A DNA stretch of 63,328 bases, the filler included, from an uncultured Methanosarcinales archaeon (GTDB lineage Archaea; Nanobdellota; Nanobdellia; Woesearchaeales; CAZXZL01), in assembly GCA_964645415.1 (NCBI GenBank). It is 3 parts of 3 records of this genome, joined end to end, with 100 filler letters (N's around TTAATTAATTAA, not from the genome) between each part and the next. Parts side by side here need not be neighbours in the genome. Positions count along the whole stretch, not along the records: positions 49,925 to 63,328 come from CAZXZL010000027.1; 2 more parts are not named here. One strand, written 5' to 3'. How positions within the stretch are numbered: position 1 is the stretch's first letter; each line of letters starts with the position of its first letter. Made by a program: the position numbers and the translations under genes. Below, piece after piece: positions 60,191-63,328 of this stretch. The notes under the pieces were generated by a model that had not been told where the DNA came from, searched no databases, and saw only the letters and a list, made by a program, of their open reading frames with translations.

Positions 60191-61159
60191 TTACAGATTA
60201 TAAATTTCTCCATCAATATTATTAAAAAGATTATGTAATGGAAGTGTTCTTTGATCAAACCATGGTTGATAAAAAGTATTTTCAATTTCTTCTCTGAATT
60301 CAGAATCTGCATCTAAAACATCAAAAGCTGATTGTAATCTAATATAATGATCATAATAAGCATCATATCTTCCCTCTTTATAATCAGGTGAATTATTCAA
60401 AACATATTCACTCAGATAGATTTGTTCTCCAACAGCTAACATTTCAGAGATATTTCTTCTTACCATTTCTCTTATTACATGATTATATGTTTCATCACCA
60501 TAATTATCCATATCATATAGATCTTTCCATCTTAAATCAGTATATCCAAAAAGGTATGGTTTAGGTTGATTCATAATTTTTTTTCTACTAAATGCTCTTA
60601 TATGATTATATTCATGAAAAATTATACTCTTAAAATCATCTTCATTTTCAAGATCAAATGCATTTTCATATGCTGAAAGTATAACCTCTAATTCAGTTTC
60701 ACCTTTATCTTCAGGATTTATATTCTGAAAAGTTATACTCATAAAACCTTTTGGTCTTTCATTACCTCTGTAAGCTACTCTTTTTAACTGACTTGGTGGA
60801 GAAATATCATATTCATCCTCCATTCTAAGTATCATTTGCTCAAAATAGTATTGTTTTAATTTTTCATTATTTGTTTCTCTTATAAAATCATAATCAATCT
60901 CTTTTTTAACAGAATTTTTTTCTGAAAAAGGATAATTATAATAAGTAAATGTTTCAACTTCACCATTTTCAACTTTTTCAAGTTTTTTACTAAGTTCTAT
61001 CATTCCTTTTTCTTCATTTCTAATAATTGATTCAAGATTAGTATTTCCTTTCCATAAATCATCTATATCTTGTGATGACGGAGAAATAAGAGTCAAAACA
61101 AGCGTAAGTGAACCAATAGTAAGTCCTTTTATTAGTTTTGAATTTCTAAATAATTTCAT
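60191..61159 (-). CDS. Secreted/membrane-anchored protein with HExxH zincin motif
   Basis: N-terminal hydrophobic helix; IFHEYNHI and downstream SEM. Confidence 0.6.
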   Translation of the reverse strand: MKLFRNSKLIKGLTIGSLTLVLTLISPSSQDIDDLWKGNTNLESIIRNEEKGMIELSKKLEKVENGEVETFTYYNYPFSEKNSVKKEIDYDFIRETNNEKLKQYYFEQMILRMEDEYDISPPSQLKRVAYRGNERPKGFMSITFQNINPEDKGETELEVILSAYENAFDLENEDDFKSIIFHEYNHIRAFSRKKIMNQPKPYLFGYTDLRWKDLYDMDNYGDETYNHVIREMVRRNISEMLAVGEQIYLSEYVLNNSPDYKEGRYDAYYDHYIRLQSAFDVLDADSEFREEIENTFYQPWFDQRTLPLHNLFNNIDGEIYNL

Positions 61160-61280
61160 TTTAAATAAAATATTATCTATTAATAAGTAATAACGTATTT
61201 TATCATATTTAATTTTTTTTATTTTTAGAATATAATAAAGAAAAACCACATAGAAAAGAAAAAAGAAAAAAAGAAAAAAA

Positions 61281-61967
61281 CTACTTCCTATTAAAGTTAT
61301 GAAGATACTTAGAAATTTCAGCAGCCATATTTTGTACAGGCATAGTTTGAATCCATACTTTACCAGGACCTTTAAGAGTAGTTAAAAATAATCCTTCACC
61401 ACCTAAAAACATATTTTTAACACCCTTAACTCTTTGAATATTCATCTCAACAGACTCTTCAAAAGCACCAACAGAACCAGTTTGAACTTTCATAACTTCA
61501 TTTGGACCAAGTTCTCTTTCAACATATTCACCATCCATCTCAATTACTGCATGACCATTACCAGTAAATTTTTGGAGAATAAATCCCTCACCACCAAATA
61601 AACCAGCACCAAATCGTTTTTGAAAGTATACATCATAATTTACATCTTTTGTAGCACATAAAAAAGATCTCTGTTGACAAATAATTGGTTTTTTGCTAAC
61701 ATCAAAAACAATAATTTTTCCAGGATAAGTATGACCAAATGCAACTTTTGCATCATCTTTAGTTGCAATAAACTCTGCAATAAAAAAATCACCTCCTGAA
61801 AACTTTCTCTTAACTGCTCCAATCACACCACCTTTTGCCTTAGTTTTCATATCAATCTTACTATCCATCCATTGCATAGAACCAGTTTGAGCCCAAATGT
61901 ATTCTCCTCTATTCAAAGAAAACTCAATCATAGGCATTACTGAGCCATGTATTTTATAATCCTTCAT
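61281..61967 (-). CDS. AIM24 (TIGR00266) family protein
   Basis: GSMQWM, GLFGGEGFILQ, FLGGEGLFLTTLKGPGKVWIQTMP. Confidence 0.93.
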   Translation of the reverse strand: MKDYKIHGSVMPMIEFSLNRGEYIWAQTGSMQWMDSKIDMKTKAKGGVIGAVKRKFSGGDFFIAEFIATKDDAKVAFGHTYPGKIIVFDVSKKPIICQQRSFLCATKDVNYDVYFQKRFGAGLFGGEGFILQKFTGNGHAVIEMDGEYVERELGPNEVMKVQTGSVGAFEESVEMNIQRVKGVKNMFLGGEGLFLTTLKGPGKVWIQTMPVQNMAAEISKYLHNFNRK

Positions 61968-62079
61968 TTTTAACCTCCAATTATTTAAATAACAATTTAA
62001 GATTTAATAAATTTTACTTTAAGAGTCATTCTAAAAAAAACATAGATATCTTTATATTAATCTTTAGTGTTAAAAAAGT

Positions 62080-62229
62080 ATGAAAAACAATAAAAAATAT
62101 GAATATAAATGTAAAGCTATAATTGGTTTTGGTAAAAAAACAACTAGAATCTTAAATGAATATGGAGATAAAGGTTGGGAATTAGTCTCAGTAACATGGA
62201 TATGGCATTACTTTAAAAGAGAAAAGTAA
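62080..62229 (+). CDS. DUF4177-like small protein (49 aa; not in ORF track)
   Basis: KYEYK...LNEYGDKGWELVSV....YFKR. Confidence 0.8.
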   Translation: MKNNKKYEYKCKAIIGFGKKTTRILNEYGDKGWELVSVTWIWHYFKREK

Positions 62230-62250
62230 ATTATCTTCGTTTAATGTAAA

Positions 62251-62372
62251 AGTGTATTCGTTTAATTGTCTTTCAGAGTATGTATTCGTTTTATGCTAAA
62301 GAAGTGTGTATCCGTTGATTGTCTTTCAGAGTGTGTATTCGTTTTATGCTAAAGAAAGTAGAAATCTTTTCC
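62251..62372. repeat. ABAB tandem repeat of 26-27-bp GTATTCG units, related to repeat C leader
   Basis: Units at 62251, 62277, 62303, 62330; TGTATTCGT....GCTAAAG..AGTAGAAAT shared with ~40998 and ~49770. Confidence 0.85.
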
Positions 62373-62570
62373 TCTAATTATAATAAAAGTAATTTTATAG
62401 AATTTATATAAAAGTGTTTTAGAAACATCAGTGCTATAAAGAGTATAGTACATGTTTTTACCAATTTTTATTAAAAAATTGATCTAATTCATATATGTCG
62501 AAATATTTCATTAAAAAATATTTCTCTTAAATGATATTAATAAATAGAAAAAAAAAGAAAAAAAGAAAAT

Positions 62571-63328
62571 CTAATCAATAGATAATCTCATCATATAATC
62601 ATCTCCTTCATCAGTAATGACATACAAATAACCATCAGGAGACTCAATAACATCTCTAATACGATATTCGTAATCACTTAATAAAGGCTCAACTTCTTGA
62701 ACAGAATTATTATCAACCTTAAAATGACCTAAATACCTACCAGCTAAATTACTAACAAATAAATCACCAGTTATCTCTTCAAATCTATCACTTGTATAAA
62801 AAGTCATACCAGATGGAGGAAAACCACCAGAAGTACAATTCCAATAATAAAGAGGATCAACTATATCATCATTTTCATGAGGCATATTACCTACAGGATT
62901 TTCAGTACCATATTCACATCCATAATGATATAAAGGCCAACCATAATTACCACCTTTAACTATTGCATTAATCTCATCACCATCTCTTTCACCATGTTCA
63001 CTTTGCCAGATTTCATTTGTATAAGGATTTAAAACCATTCCTTGAGAATTTCTATGACCATAAGAATAAACTGCATCACTATACTTAGAATCATTCACAA
63101 AAGGATTATCATTAGGAATACTTCCATTCTCATAAAACCTTAAAGTAGAACCCAAATCATTACTTAAATTTTGAGAAGGATGACTTTCACTAAAATCTTT
63201 AGAACCTCTATCACCAACAGTCATATAAACATAACCATCTCCATCTAAAGTTACTCTAGAACCAAAATGAGCACCAGATTCAACATAAGGCTTAGCAGTA
63301 TAAATAACTTCAAAATCATCTAATGAAT
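62571..63328 (-). CDS. PQQ-dependent glucose/sorbosone dehydrogenase (5'-partial, runs off window)
   Basis: HFGSR upstream of listed ORF, YSYGHRNSQG, EHGERDGDEIN, NYGWP, RIRDV. Confidence 0.93.
   Translation of the reverse strand, partial: SLDDFEVIYTAKPYVESGAHFGSRVTLDGDGYVYMTVGDRGSKDFSESHPSQNLSNDLGSTLRFYENGSIPNDNPFVNDSKYSDAVYSYGHRNSQGMVLNPYTNEIWQSEHGERDGDEINAIVKGGNYGWPLYHYGCEYGTENPVGNMPHENDDIVDPLYYWNCTSGGFPPSGMTFYTSDRFEEITGDLFVSNLAGRYLGHFKVDNNSVQEVEPLLSDYEYRIRDVIESPDGYLYVITDEGDDYMMRLSID

Noticed and set aside
62251..62372. Possible CRISPR array
   Set aside because: The intervening segments repeat (ABAB) and are too short to be unique spacers; no cas genes in the window.
1..63328. tRNA/rRNA genes, inteins, stop-codon recoding
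   Set aside because: No GC-rich cloverleaf or rRNA-like tract seen; core proteins have normal lengths and end at standard stops. A tRNAscan-SE/Infernal run would be needed to exclude small RNAs.

Overview
Very AT-rich archaeal DNA, most consistent with a DPANN (Woesearchaeota-like) genome. Evidence: archaeal r-proteins L21e/L7Ae/S28e/L24e/S10, RpoF, TFE, TFS, aIF1A, aEF-2/aEF-1A, GINS, Dph2, GGTGA ribosome-binding sites and TATA-like boxes. The window is three contigs joined by two artificial 100-nt N/TTAATTAATTAA spacers (26093-26192 and 49825-49924). Most of it is housekeeping: argS, hisS, a translation-factor operon, POR porGDAB, ftsZ, tRNA/protein modification and DNA repair genes. Top candidate: a tightly coupled 7-gene operon (50512-58285, minus strand) encoding an arm-shortened SerRS paralog, a SAM methyltransferase, a cytosylglucuronate-synthase-like glycosyltransferase, a Gfo/Idh oxidoreductase, an APH-type kinase, an FAD oxidoreductase and a DegT aminotransferase. 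It resembles seryl-aminosugar peptidyl-nucleoside pathways (mildiomycin, gougerotin, blasticidin), which would be unexpected in a reduced archaeon. Other highlights: an intact PAS-GGDEF diguanylate cyclase among archaeal core genes; an ATP-grasp/Ntn-hydrolase/M14-peptidase module; an RQC-UvrD(2B-less)-HRDC helicase; and a modular family of intergenic hairpin/MITE-like repeats with compensatory base changes. No rRNA, tRNA, CRISPR array or transposase was recognised. All family assignments come from reading motifs by eye, not from database searches.
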